A stretch of DNA of 51,375 bases, counting the filler, from Catajapyx aquilonaris (lineage: Eukaryota), in assembly GCA_000934665.2 (NCBI GenBank). It is 2 parts of 2 records of this genome, joined end to end, with 100 filler letters (N's around TTAATTAATTAA, not from the genome) between each part and the next. Parts side by side here need not be neighbours in the genome. Positions count along the whole stretch, not along the records: positions 25,734 to 51,375 come from JYFJ02005327.1; 1 more part is not named here. One strand, written 5' to 3'. This document shows positions 39,610 through 51,375 of this stretch, one piece after another. Every line of letters begins with the position of its first letter. Position 1 is the first letter of the stretch. The translations under genes were made by a program, and so were the position numbers. The notes beneath the pieces were generated by a model that worked only from the letters and a program-made list of their open reading frames with translations, was not told the origin of the DNA and searched no databases.

Positions 39610-42600
39610 TTACAAAATCGCGGCTTTTAATACCAACTGAGTTTGAGTTGCTAATGAATTTGAAAAATGGCAGCAACAGGCCACGGTTGTGTCAACATCG
39701 GATATAGTGTATAGGCGGCGCGGCGTTAAATGTGCAACGAGATCCCTGCGGATCCCAGAATACCGATGTAAAGGCAGGAGCATAACCAGGGGCAGTAATG
39801 CACAGAATTGATTTACTGAGTAATGCACACCGTCCCGCAGGTCTGGGTAAGTAAATCTGCATACATAACGTAATGTGTTGAAGACTCTTGACAACCTCCA
39901 AAAAGCCAGGATGCTGGGGGTATGGTGTGGAGTGGGAGGGCAGGAATGAATATTTCCAGAGATAGTTTCCTGGTGCAAGTCTAAGTGGAGGAATTAGGTA
40001 GGTTAGCCCCTGTGGAAGGGTAGGGTGGGAACTGGGTGGGAAGCAAATGCTGCGCTGTATATTTACGTGGTGGTTGCAGACTCACCTCTCGGGGGAGTCG
40101 CCGGAGACTCCTTGGATCCGAGCACGGAGGCGGATCGGGGTTTTTCTTCATCGAGCGCCACTTCGCTGAGCCGCTGGAAACGGCTGAAGATGCTGGCCAC
40201 GCACTTCAGACGGAGCTTACCCTCCTTGAAGCTGCTGCCGTCCGTGTCTAGCTCCAGGCCCAGGCGTGAGATTTGGCGCAGGTCACGGCCCGCCTCCACC
40301 GGGTACTTGTTCAAGTACTGGCGGGGCACCTGATGGGAGGTCAAATCACATTGTCATTCATAGAATTTGGTGGCAGACTGGTCAACCCTAAAAGGCAGGG
40401 TTGACTCACCGCTTTATTTTAAGCAAGGGGGTAATCACTTCGGTACTCCGGTGTACACCTGCGAGTGGTACTCCCTGGTACTCCTCAGGTACCTCACTCT
40501 TTATTACTCCTTGGTACTCCTTGAATTTGGTACTCCAGTGTACACTTTTCAGTCGAGTGATTACCCCCTTGATTTTAAGACTACCGAGAAGAGACGAAGT
40601 CGTAATGTCATATGCAAGACACAACTGGGCGTCTTTCGGCGCGTCATCTCGTTTAGGTTAGGTTGGTGGTATTAAAATAAAGCATAAATTAGTTTTTAAC
40701 ATTTTAATTTACTATCTACAACATAGTCCACTTGCACGCAAATTTTTAAAATTCAAAAGAGGCACACTGCAGTAGTGTGCAGCGTGCAGCAAGAAAAACC
40801 CGGTAGCTGGTAGTGAATTTTGCTGCAAGGCTTTGATACGGATGACTATGAGCCCTAACTTGTGAGGTAGTACAATAGAAACAATAATCTCATTAATACC
40901 AGTAACGCTTGTCAATGCGGTACTTTGAAGATTAGAGCATCGCCCTCCTCTCTATTGAAACTTCTCTCGAGTCTGGCTCTCTCTACTGACATCTGAAATG
41001 CGGGTTTCATAGGCATCGCTTGTGTGCCGCTGAATTGCTGCAAATTAACACTTATAAGCATGGCCAAATTAGAGCTTTCTGAGATAAGGGGGTGGGGAGG
41101 GCTATATAGCCTGTCACTATTACCCCCACTCGAGGAAAGTTCCTGTCATTTTGCCAAAAGCGGTATTCCTAGATGAAATAATAAGTTAGGCAGATCGTAT
41201 CTCCAGGATGGAGCTTGATTTCCAGCTGGATTATGAAATACGAGGGAACCTATCGTTTAAATCCGAGGCATTGATTTCCTGGCTTATCATAACGAAGACT
41301 TTCCACTCTCATTACGGCCATAATTCCTCGTTCTATCTTCGCAATATATTCAGAGATACGGATGATAATAAGTCCCTGATTGCACTCCGTCTTTTCTAAC
41401 ATCGCCAACTTCAAGTGCTAAATCTTCGACTCTGCACATCTTTAACTGCATGAAAAAGAACGTTTATTAACTATTTTAAGACTCTACGAGTGTACAGTTT
41501 TATTCACACGTACGAAACTAAGTGAAAGAAAAAAAGGTACAAAAAAGCAGGAGAGTTTTTTGAAAAGAAAGAGAGGGCTCTGGCACAAGTTTCATTAATC
41601 AGTCCTGACATTAGCGCCAAATGAGACTATTCCCTCCCTCATGGCGTCTTCTTGTGCCAATTTGCAAGGAACTTCCAACTGTGCGCCGCAGATTAGGCTA
41701 ATTAAGCATTATGGCAAAGGACCTCGAAACATTAGGTCAGGTCTTTTCCACCAACTTTCTTGCGATGAGTTTATTGTTTACCCGGGGTCCCATTTTCATT
41801 CTCTCGTCGTTATTCCTGTAGGATCGAGCCGCAGAAGGTCACAAAATCCTGGTCTTGAATCGGAATAATTGCAGAAGATTTTCCTCTCTTTCCCTCTCTG
41901 ACTCTTTCAGAATCCACTTCAGACGATTTTGAGCTTTTTCGTGGGCATTGGGGTGAAAATGAAGGAAGTCATCAGCCACTTGCAGGCCTTCATAATATTA
42001 AAATGGTGCCTCTGACGGTAAAAGGATCAGAGGCTCCAGGAAATTAATAATTTGCTTAAAGAGTCCTGTGAAAATAATATCTCTCGCTGGAGGCGTTTGA
42101 GTGCAAACATTAACCCCACCGTGTTCATTATTACCGCCACGTGTTTGCTGCCCTACACTCCTACTGATAAAAAATTGTATGCAAATGCATGCATGCATAA
42201 AACCGAATGAGACGTTCGTTTTATTTGGTGACTTGATCAAATTCCACAGCAACCCCGTACCAGCTCATTGCAAAGTCCAGCAGCGCTCTTCCATATGAAA
42301 ACCACGATATCTGACGCTTTAGTAGTGACCTACATACCGCGAAAGGCGGGGACACTTTGCGGGGTCAAACCATCCAGCCAAGAAGCCCATAAATCCCCAA
42401 CCCCAATCATCTTCCATCTTAAACTCCACCTTTCTCTTGATCTCCTCTTTCTATCTCTCCTTCTCTCTCTCTGTCTCCTGGACTTTCTAGTACACACACT
42501 CCCAAGGCATGACCGATGTATGAGCCAGTGCCCCTTTTCGGAACCTTATCAAAGTTCGCCGAGACATTAAATTATTCCTCAAGTCTGGGGAGTCACGGAG

Positions 42601-45600
42601 CCCGCTCTCGCAAACTATTCTAACCAGGAACCGATGCCAACTTGCTTCCTCTGCCAGCGGACCAGACCGCAACTTTTACACCCTTTTTTTCCCAAAATGG
42701 CCGTGTCTTGTTAGTTCATTATAGCATGGGACTTCCACAAACCCTTCAGTTACTCTTGGCCTCAACCTTTCCCGAAGGTCACAAACTCGGGCTGAAATTC
42801 GGCTTCCCGCTTCTCAACCACGGCACTGCTCTGTGCCCAACTTGGGAAACGTATTGACTTAGTTAAATTTGCAGAATGCCTGCATAGAGACAGTATATGT
42901 ACCGTTGGCTTATATATTTGATAAACTGTTGGATCTGTGGTGTATGCGACCGTGTATCCATAGGGGACAACTTTTTATCGTTAAAATTAGCATGAAAAAT
43001 TCGATAGATAGGCCAACAATTTCTGGGGCAGGTCGTTGGCCTACTTAGTACTTTGGATGTCGTTAATTACGCGATTGCATCACTGGATGGCCTGGTGTGT
43101 ATCAGATTATGTATATGCAGAACATCTTATCTGCCTTGATTGCAAATGACACTTCTTCCCTGGGTCAAAGTTCACGAGGCATTTACACCATTCTCAAGAG
43201 AGTGGCTAGACTGCGACCCCTTTGTGTGACCATGGGTCAAAAGCTCGTAGCTCGTCGCGTTATCTCTCTGTAATTATGGAGCTCAAAATGGCCTGCCAAG
43301 AACTACAGCCAGCGCGCAATGCAACGAATTGCATAGCAAATAGCTTCGATCGCTCTAAGATTAAAGGCCTGTTAAAAACTTTTTATACAGTACTTGCATT
43401 TTGAAATATCTTGTGTAAGTCTTGCCAATTCATCGCTCTAGGTCACTTTTTTTTCTAATAGGATGAGTTAGAGCTTCTGACGACTGTCACTTTTTGGAAC
43501 ACTAAGGGATGTCATCCCTAATTCGCATGTTAAGGATTATTGAGTCTTTAAATCCATTCTTCCTGACAAGGAATCTTAACGCCCCCCGGTAATGCGAATT
43601 TAAAATATTCATTGCACACGCGAACTAACGCTTTGAACAGCTCTTCTGTTGAGTCGTACTTCGATCCGAGACAATCAATAAAGCCTCGATCAAATTAGTA
43701 TTACAACAGTTCTGTTTGGTTTGAAGCAATGTTTGCTTTTATTTCCATGTTGACACAGAGACCGACATACTGTGTGCTGTCCGAAACATACAAACAAGAT
43801 ATAAATAGGTAAATGAATTAATTACACCTGTGAAATAAGTTAATTGCGCCAAATCGCAAATTACTGGCCTCCAAAATTACTCCTGGATTACGCGTGTATC
43901 AGAAATGATCACTTTCAAATGTATTGTTGCGCTGTTACGCAGTGATGCACAAGAGTGCAGCAAGGTTATTCTAACATGTTCAGGGGAAAATCCTTCCCCC
44001 TAGAAAGACATTATTCAAACTTCCATCACGTCTTCGCGGTCGTGCGCACCCGCATATTGTTCCCTTCCGGAATCAAAGGCAAAGACTACTGATGGGGAAC
44101 TGGTCAAATATTAGCTCGGGCCAACTTTAGCTAATCGTTATGAAGGCTCGTCCCAGAATCATTCCGGGGAACCTGGCAGCAAGAGGACGAAAGGATGGCT
44201 GGTAATGGATAAGCTGGCAGTTTATGAATACTGATTTCCTCTCTCCGGCAATACAAACAAGTGTGGGAACAAGGCCCTGGCCCCTTTTCCCTACTTGTGT
44301 CATTATGACTAAGCACTTAGTTGAAATTGCATTTGTGACACCCTGCTGGAGGTGTACATCTTCCGCTCCTTTTTAAATATTTGTGCAAGCAATTTAAAGG
44401 TTTGTACATTGCTCTCTCAATATAGGGTAAGGTGCGCTTGCACAGAGTAAATGGCACAAATGTTAATTTAATTAAGCCCGAGTTTCACTGTATCAAATTA
44501 TGAGTAAAACCTCTGTCAATAGAGAAATGTGGCAACCTTGTCTGGCAGTGGTACGTGCTGGGCTCTGGCGAGAATGCAGCAGAAGTGGTTGTGGGATGGC
44601 TCAATGGCTCAGTTACTAAGTCTTTGCTGGGTATGGGCCAGACTAGTGTTATAAAAAGCAGAAACTTTTGTCCGTCAATAAACCAGGTTTTTCTTGTAGT
44701 TTTGAAAGAAAAAAAATTGTGGAAAAAATGGAATTACACTGGACACGACTGATCTTCTTCAGAAACTTTCTTTTATGTCCATTGTCAAGTTATTATTGAC
44801 TTCTGCTTAAATAGCTCCAGATCTTATTATCAACCACCAAAAATCTAGGAAATGAGCCTGTCACTGTCGGTCATGCCTGCTATTCTGAGAATTCCCGGAG
44901 GACATAGGTATAGTATCTGCAAGGACTCAATAATTGCACCAGCAGATTTCTGCAGGGATTCCCTTAGTAATTAGGTCAGACACAGAGTAGTAGTCAGGGA
45001 AACATTTCAGTAATTTTTTGAGGACTTGGACACAGTTGGAGACACACTTCAGAATACATAACCTATGAATTTGTTCCGTAGCAAAATAAATTTTACCGGT
45101 ATGCATTTTCCAATAAAATGTTACATATAAAATCAAAGTAATGAGTAAATTTTTTTCATTGGATAAAAACAGTAAAAATGCATCATCCTGTTTTTCGTGG
45201 CCACTGCAAGCAGACAGTGCTGCGCCTGATAGAATTTGATAGGAGTCTGTTGCCTGATGTCTGATGAAAGCCCGGCATTTGATTGATGGATGATTTCATT
45301 ATTGGAGTGACTTTGTGTATTCTGTTTCTGTAATAAATTGGAACGGAGGGGTGTAGGGCCTTAAAGTTTGGCAAGCCCTAAATTCCTTACAGAGTATAGA
45401 AGAAATACTGGCAATTACGTTTTACCACTCTTATTTTGCTCCAGTTAAAATGAGGCATAAGAGAAAGTGGTATATACAATTTTTTTTGTTTTTATTGCCC
45501 GTGTACTGTATCATCAGTTCAAAAAGAATTGTCCCAGTCATCCTGATGTGCGTGCTGCCCGCTCGACACACACCATGTAACTTACATGGTGTGTGTCGAG

Positions 45601-48600
45601 CGGCCAGCCCACACGTCAGGATGACTGGGACAGTTCTTTTTGCACTGTTGATACAAGCAATACTGTTCTACCTAGTACAGTATTTTCCTAACTGGCAAGG
45701 TTGCGACTCTTGGCCTATCTAATCGGCCCTAACTTTGTGGCTAGTGGAGGGCAGACGACTTGTTCATCTAGTGAGTTTTAATTTAGCGTCCGAATAAACA
45801 AAAAAGCATAGCGTCTTAGAAAAAACACACGGTTTTTTTCAGACAGGCTGAAGAGCAAAAGGGCATTGACTCGACATGTGCCGTGTAAGACGCACAATTT
45901 GATGCGCAATTCAATTTGGTAGAATACAGGGTTGTATCGGCGAAGCAAAACTTGACTATCGCGCTCTTCTTCACTGTTCCTCCGCCATTCAACTTGGGAG
46001 CCCAGATTTCCTTCTCCTTTTGTCTCCAAATACTGGATTTCTTCCTCTCGGTAAACTTCTTCGCGATTCTGAGCTCCAAAGACAAAGAGTTCTAGCCTCC
46101 AATAGAAATGGGGAGTAAGGAGAGAAAAGGAAAGACTGGTGGAGAGAGACGACCAGAGGAAAAAAGAAGTCGACATTGGGACGGAGGGATATAAGAAGTG
46201 GAACCTGTGTTAAAACCGCTAAAAACCTCAAGACGTAAAGACTTTTCCTCTGCCTTCTAACGATACAGGACTCTTCTTGATCCTTTTTCTAGCCTGAGCC
46301 TCCGACTCGATGATGGCTATTCCAAATGATTCCTCCAGATCTTCCGAACGAAAAGATGAAACTGCCCCCCTTTACTGCTCTATCTTTCAGCATTTCCGGA
46401 AGAAATTTTTCACTCATGAAGCAATCGAACAGACAGGAAGAACAAGGCTGGATTGCGAGGGATTTTTCTTTCCCCTCAACACGAAACAAAGGGTAGTGGC
46501 AGTTGAAAGCCGGCTCTTTTCCAACCATTTCCTTTTTTCTCCAAGTAAAAGTTGCTCGCAGATGTCACATAGCTTGGACAAGAATCGTTGCTCTTCTCCA
46601 AATGACAGTCCGGCCGTACTTGAAAACACAACTTCGCCGGAAACAGAAATATTCTCTGGGCACGAAAATAGGGCAGCATGAATTTCAAGTTGCCATGATT
46701 TAAAGGCTTACGTATACAACTGGATATTTCTCAACTGAAGACGTGAAATATTACGTTAAATCGGTTTTATGAAAGAGAAGCCGAAAGATATTTCAAAAAA
46801 GCATGTACTTTTTTCACTTGTTACAAGCAAGCGAATGTAATAATTAGACCTGAATTAGAATAGGAACTGTATGATTCATAGCTTTATTCTCACATCCACA
46901 CCTTTAAAAATTATAAAAAAGTCAAATATATTTTACTTCAGATCATAATTATGATCCATACCTATAGGCACCAAAGCAAAAGAGATAGAGAAAAATAAAT
47001 TGTTCTTTATATATCGCAGGTCTATTTAAACAGATACCAATGAAGTCGCTCTATTCAAAACACAAAGAAGCATTAAAATTCCTTATGGTATTAAAATGGT
47101 CGTATTTCGAAAGTTCTATTCAAAGGGCTGCACTGCAATGAAATCCTCATCATTTTACCAAGAAGAGGCATTAAAAATTCTTCAGCTGGCGAACACAGTA
47201 GTTTCAACTCGCCAAAAAACATCGTTGTCTGAGACGCATCGTACTTATGTAAGCGGATTACACTAGTACCAACTTCTACGCAATATTATGAACACAATTA
47301 AATTTTTTTTACAAAAGCTCACAGTCTCGTGTATTTGTGAAAAATTATAACATTGGGCTAAAAATCAAACTCAGCAAAAAAAAAAATGTATAGCATGACT
47401 AGATACTGTAACTGTATGGGAAAAATTATATTTTTCTGACATTGTATCAGTAGTAACATATAGTTACGATGGATATTAATGTCTCTAAATTATAAAATGT
47501 TACGGATATCATTATTATTGCTCGCAGGCACATTATTTTACTGCGGTACTGCAAGTGATCTTAAGACCAACAATTGAAGATCTCGGGGGAAGAACGATCA
47601 AGGTCTACTTTTTGTCAAAAATGAGTTACATATCTCAGAAGATACTTTCACGAGCCTAGAATACCGTGGTTTGGTCGTGGTTGTGGAGTAATGATCATAG
47701 TCCACTATGGAAGGCCAGAAAGTACAATAAAAGTACAATAGAACCTTATGGGCCTTCGAAATTTGAAATTTTAATATCTCCGTTTCACCTGAGGTGTACC
47801 TTGATCGTTCTTCCCCCGAGGTCTTCAATTATGTCCCACCCAACTCGTTAGATTAAAAAGGGAGAAATAATATAATTAACATTTTATTACAATCATGTTG
47901 AGCCTGGGTTGAGAGCTTATTATTGAGCAATTAAAGGTATTATAAAAAAAACTCGCAAATGTTTGATTCGGAAATTTGACAATTTCTGACCTTTACAAAC
48001 TAAAGATGACGAAGGTGTCTTAAAAACAGTTATTCTTAATACACGTATAATATTAATACTTTTAATAAACTACAATTATTGTAATCAAACCGAAAATGTA
48101 CCCCTTCTCTTACACGAACATTATTCCGAAATCAGTTCAATAAACTCCAAACCGGGCTGATGGTTATAAGCGATCCACAGGCAAACTGTTATGCAACAAA
48201 CACACAATGCAGCTCTTTTCATGTACATGTTTGAAACAGCTATTCAGTTTGTTAAAGTCCCCACATCACGAGGATCCATCAACTAGCAAAAGCTGCACAC
48301 ACGCACTCACAAAGAAGCGTTATATTCTTACTAAAAACAAGCTGTTTACGCCCAGACACAATGGGTGCTACTCGCTCGAACATGTACACGTGTCCTTTCC
48401 ACAATAAATAATTCCATATTTGCCAGCTCATGAACAAGCTGTCCACATTATAGACACACAGCACACGGTTGCGCATTCGGGCTCAAAAGCCCGAGCTTTC
48501 ACGTTTGATGTTGCTCCAGTGAAACAGTGGCCGGTTGATCTTTAACGAAAGCCCACCTTTGAATGCAAATATATACCTGTGTCCTATAGGGCTGAATATG

Positions 48601-49366
48601 AAAAGCAGGCCGGGTGACATTATGGGTAAGAGTTTTCGCACCAGGAGACGAGAGCGTTCACAGAGAGTTTGCAACCTTAATACATGTACATAAGCTTGGA
48701 AAATGATATGCTATACTTCTGACGTCACCTGCCAGGTTGGACCCTTTTCGAACGTTGCGGCAGCTTTGTTAGCCTCGCTTCACATCTGGGTGAATTTACT
48801 GAGAGTTCTAGTTTCAAAAAATATGATCCTCACTGGTTTAAGGGCACCAGCATGGCCACCCAATTAGCTTACAGTGTACCTTGACATGGCGTCCATTCGA
48901 CCAGCATCGCCAACTCCTCTGCTAATATATTTGGGCCTTAAAGCGGCATATACCGTCTGGCGGCTTCACAGCTGACCTGGCAAGCTCTACTTGGATCTTC
49001 AACTAATGCGATCACACGGCATATTAATTTCTACATAAGTACCCGCGGGCAGTGGGCTGGACATCACCGTAATCTCCACTGTACCCATAAACAACTGGCT
49101 CTTCACAACCAAGATGGCCACCCAAACCTAAGAGTGCATTCACCCCTTTGAGGGGACTGGCACCAAGGTACGGCAGACATCCTTGGATTGTTCCAGAGGT
49201 TACAACCTTAAATAGGTGTATCTGGGACTTACCGGGGAATCGTGCAACAGCCAAGTCAGATTAGCAGCCGGGATGGATCCTGGAAAGGTGCAGTTGGCCC
49301 GCACCCGTTCGCCAACTTCGTATTTGGTCCTCTCCACTTGGATGATGGGCCGGTCATCGGGGAATT
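39610..49366 (-). CDS. Beaten path (Beat) family immunoglobulin-domain protein, 3' part (second Ig domain and C-terminus); upstream exons are not in the window
   Basis: Exon 49366-49233 (FPDDRPIIQVERTKYEVGERVRANCTFPGSIPAANLTWLLHDSP|gtaagt) splices in phase 0 to 40329-40086 (VPRQYL...SRLGLELD...FKEGKLRLKCVASIF...EEKPRSASVLGSKESP..|gtgagt). A probable terminal exon is 39842-39610, with the hydrophobic stretch FCALLPLVMLLPL (less certain). The pattern NCT..S.PAANLTW / LGL / G.LRLKC.A.I is typical of the Beat second Ig domain. Confidence 0.8.
40424..40571. mobile_element. Short palindromic MITE with internal GGTACTCC repeats
   Basis: CAAGGGGGTAATCACT ... AGTGATTACCCCCTTG, with several GTACTCC units inside. 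Confidence 0.6.
45507..45655. repeat. Near-perfect ~150-bp palindrome (hairpin MITE) in the Beat intron
   Basis: TGTATCATCAGTTCAAAAAGAATTGTCCCAGTCATCCTGA...CGCTCGACACACACCATGTAA-C-TTACATGGTGTGTGTCGAGCG...TCAGGATGACTGGGACAGTTCTTTTTGCACTGTTGATACA. Confidence 0.85.
47573..47829. mobile_element. MITE copy 2 (family of 39233-39492), opposite orientation
   Basis: Same TIR (TCGGGGGAAGAACGATCAAGGT). The internal sequence is the reverse complement of copy 1. Confidence 0.8.
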
Positions 49367-51375
49367 CTGAATGGGAGAGAGAAGTGTGGGGTTGAGTGCC
49401 GCGAAAGGCATACTGGGCCCCGATTCAAAGTAGGCTAATGATGACCCACAGCCACTTTGTGCAGCAATGCCCGCATTCGGCGCTCACGCCGAGATGCTGC
49501 TCAAACGACTTCCAACTGGTACAAGTGCTGCGAAAGGCTCACATCGACAGTTAGTGTACCGTACTCAAAGGGTAAACTCTCACAACCTAGCCAGGCACTC
49601 ATTTCTCCATCCAAGTCTAAACAATGCGCACTGTGCCCTTTTCTGCCTTCAATTGCAAGGCCCATGTATAAAAGGCTGGCCTGAATGCCGTAAATGTGTG
49701 AAACCCGACTGAATCTGCATTTTACAAAGGCTCTGGTGTAAAGCGGTTTGCCAACCCGGCTCATTCAGAATGTGTCGCAAATGTTAATCGGCTGCAATTT
49801 CGTATATGTTATTGAAACAAACATATTGTCGCTTTACGTGATCTGGCAGCAAATTAATCTTTTGACATTTTAACATATAGAGATTTCTAGCGCTCTATGC
49901 GTAGAAGCAGTAATTAAAATAATGAAGCAACAGAACTGCGTGGGATATGTTTTACGTGGCCTCAAACATACAGTTGTAATTGACCATAAAAATAAATAAC
50001 TCTCTACCGTATTGTTTGTATTGCGGCACAATATCGAATTTCCTACTAAACTCTGAAAGGTACTGTGAGCCTAACTATATGTGTTAATTTTTCCGCTGTA
50101 GTTAAATAACCCTTAATTAGGGAGGACAGGTGGGTAAAATCGAATAAATATCCTCTATATTGTTTGTAATTTGCACATTTTGTTTAAAACTCCATGTGAC
50201 CTAGTTTGAACACACCCACAATTATTTTTTTACTTTGATTTTTATGTCTATAGTGCATACTTGTACTACAGAGCTTTACCTCTCTTTCAGTAGCCAGATA
50301 GCGTATATTACGTTGGCTCCTACCAAATCAAAAAACCAATATTGCAATTTTTCTCTGCTAATATAATGTGATCTACTTCACTTCCTAAAAGGATAATATG
50401 CCATTTCTGTTATAATGTTCAAATTCCAATTTATGAAATATATTCCATAACCCAAACTTAAGGATTGCAACTAACTGCTAAAAATGCAGATTAATAATCA
50501 ACGCAGCCAATCGTAATATTTCTACTAGGCTACATTACTGCTAATAGTTTGGGGGGAAATAGCAACATGATTTGACAAGAAGCGAATGAAATATAACCAT
50601 CAACATCATCCTGCAAGTTTGCCCGGGCTATTTGAACATCAACGACTGTGCATATTGCATGTCGGCACACAAGTCTCAAAAGTAGAGCATTTGTCACGTA
50701 AAATTGTTGACACATCACATCAGTTTGATTACTCTTATAAGGGGCCATAATTGTCTCCAAATGGTACACTAATTTAGTGAGTCGCATTGCACTGCATTAC
50801 ACAGTATTTGTTCAGTGCAGGCCCAGCCAGACACTGCATGGAAACGAAAAGTGGCATAGGGTAAACCATACAGTGATGGCCAGTTTAGTGTATTGGTCTC
50901 AGTAATACATGAATATCCTCACCTTTTATTTCCACGTAGATGTTTCTAAAATAGTTTTCTAATAACTGAGGTTGTCCCCGTTCCCACTGCATCAAATTCA
51001 CACAAATTTGTCAGAATGTGTATATACATTTAATATAAAGTACTACCTAAAAGACAGTAATGGCCACCCATCCAGATAGTAATGGCCAGGTGTCAAGATA
51101 GTCATGGCCATGGCAGCAAAACAATAGGCTATCTACAGTAGGGACCAAAGTAGGGACCCCATCGGTATTAGGAAGGTAGGCCTAACTGATGTGAGATAAA
51201 GCCACTCAAAAGCCTGTACAGGTTGTGAGGAAATATCACCAGTTATTTTACGTCCCATGCAAGAATATGCTTTGGCCGGTATCATCAGTGAATCAAGTAT
51301 TGTCCCGCCATGCGGGTTACAGTCTGGCCAGGATAACTTTGACCTCGCTCGTTAACCATCGACTACGCTTTCCTA

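Overview
This is eukaryotic, intron-rich, AT-rich DNA, most likely from an arthropod (it contains beaten-path-type Ig exons). The window consists of two blocks joined at 25634-25733 by an artificial N44-TTAATTAATTAA-N44 stop-codon linker. The left block carries four spliced genes: a previously unnamed 3-exon gene for a small secreted His/Gly-rich protein (+), TRAPPC2L (-, complete), GALNS (+, head-to-head with TRAPPC2L as in human), and GMP reductase (-, first exon absent). The right block is gene-poor and holds the 3' exons of a Beat-family immunoglobulin gene (-). Introns and spacers contain many MITEs, decayed mariner elements and tRNA-derived SINEs. The most notable non-genic element is a 748-bp non-autonomous Transib/RAG-like element with a perfect 5-bp TSD. 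Both of its ends have the architecture of a V(D)J 23-RSS (CACAGTR, 23-bp spacer, ACAAAAATG). All calls come from manual reading and recalled family motifs; no database searches were run.
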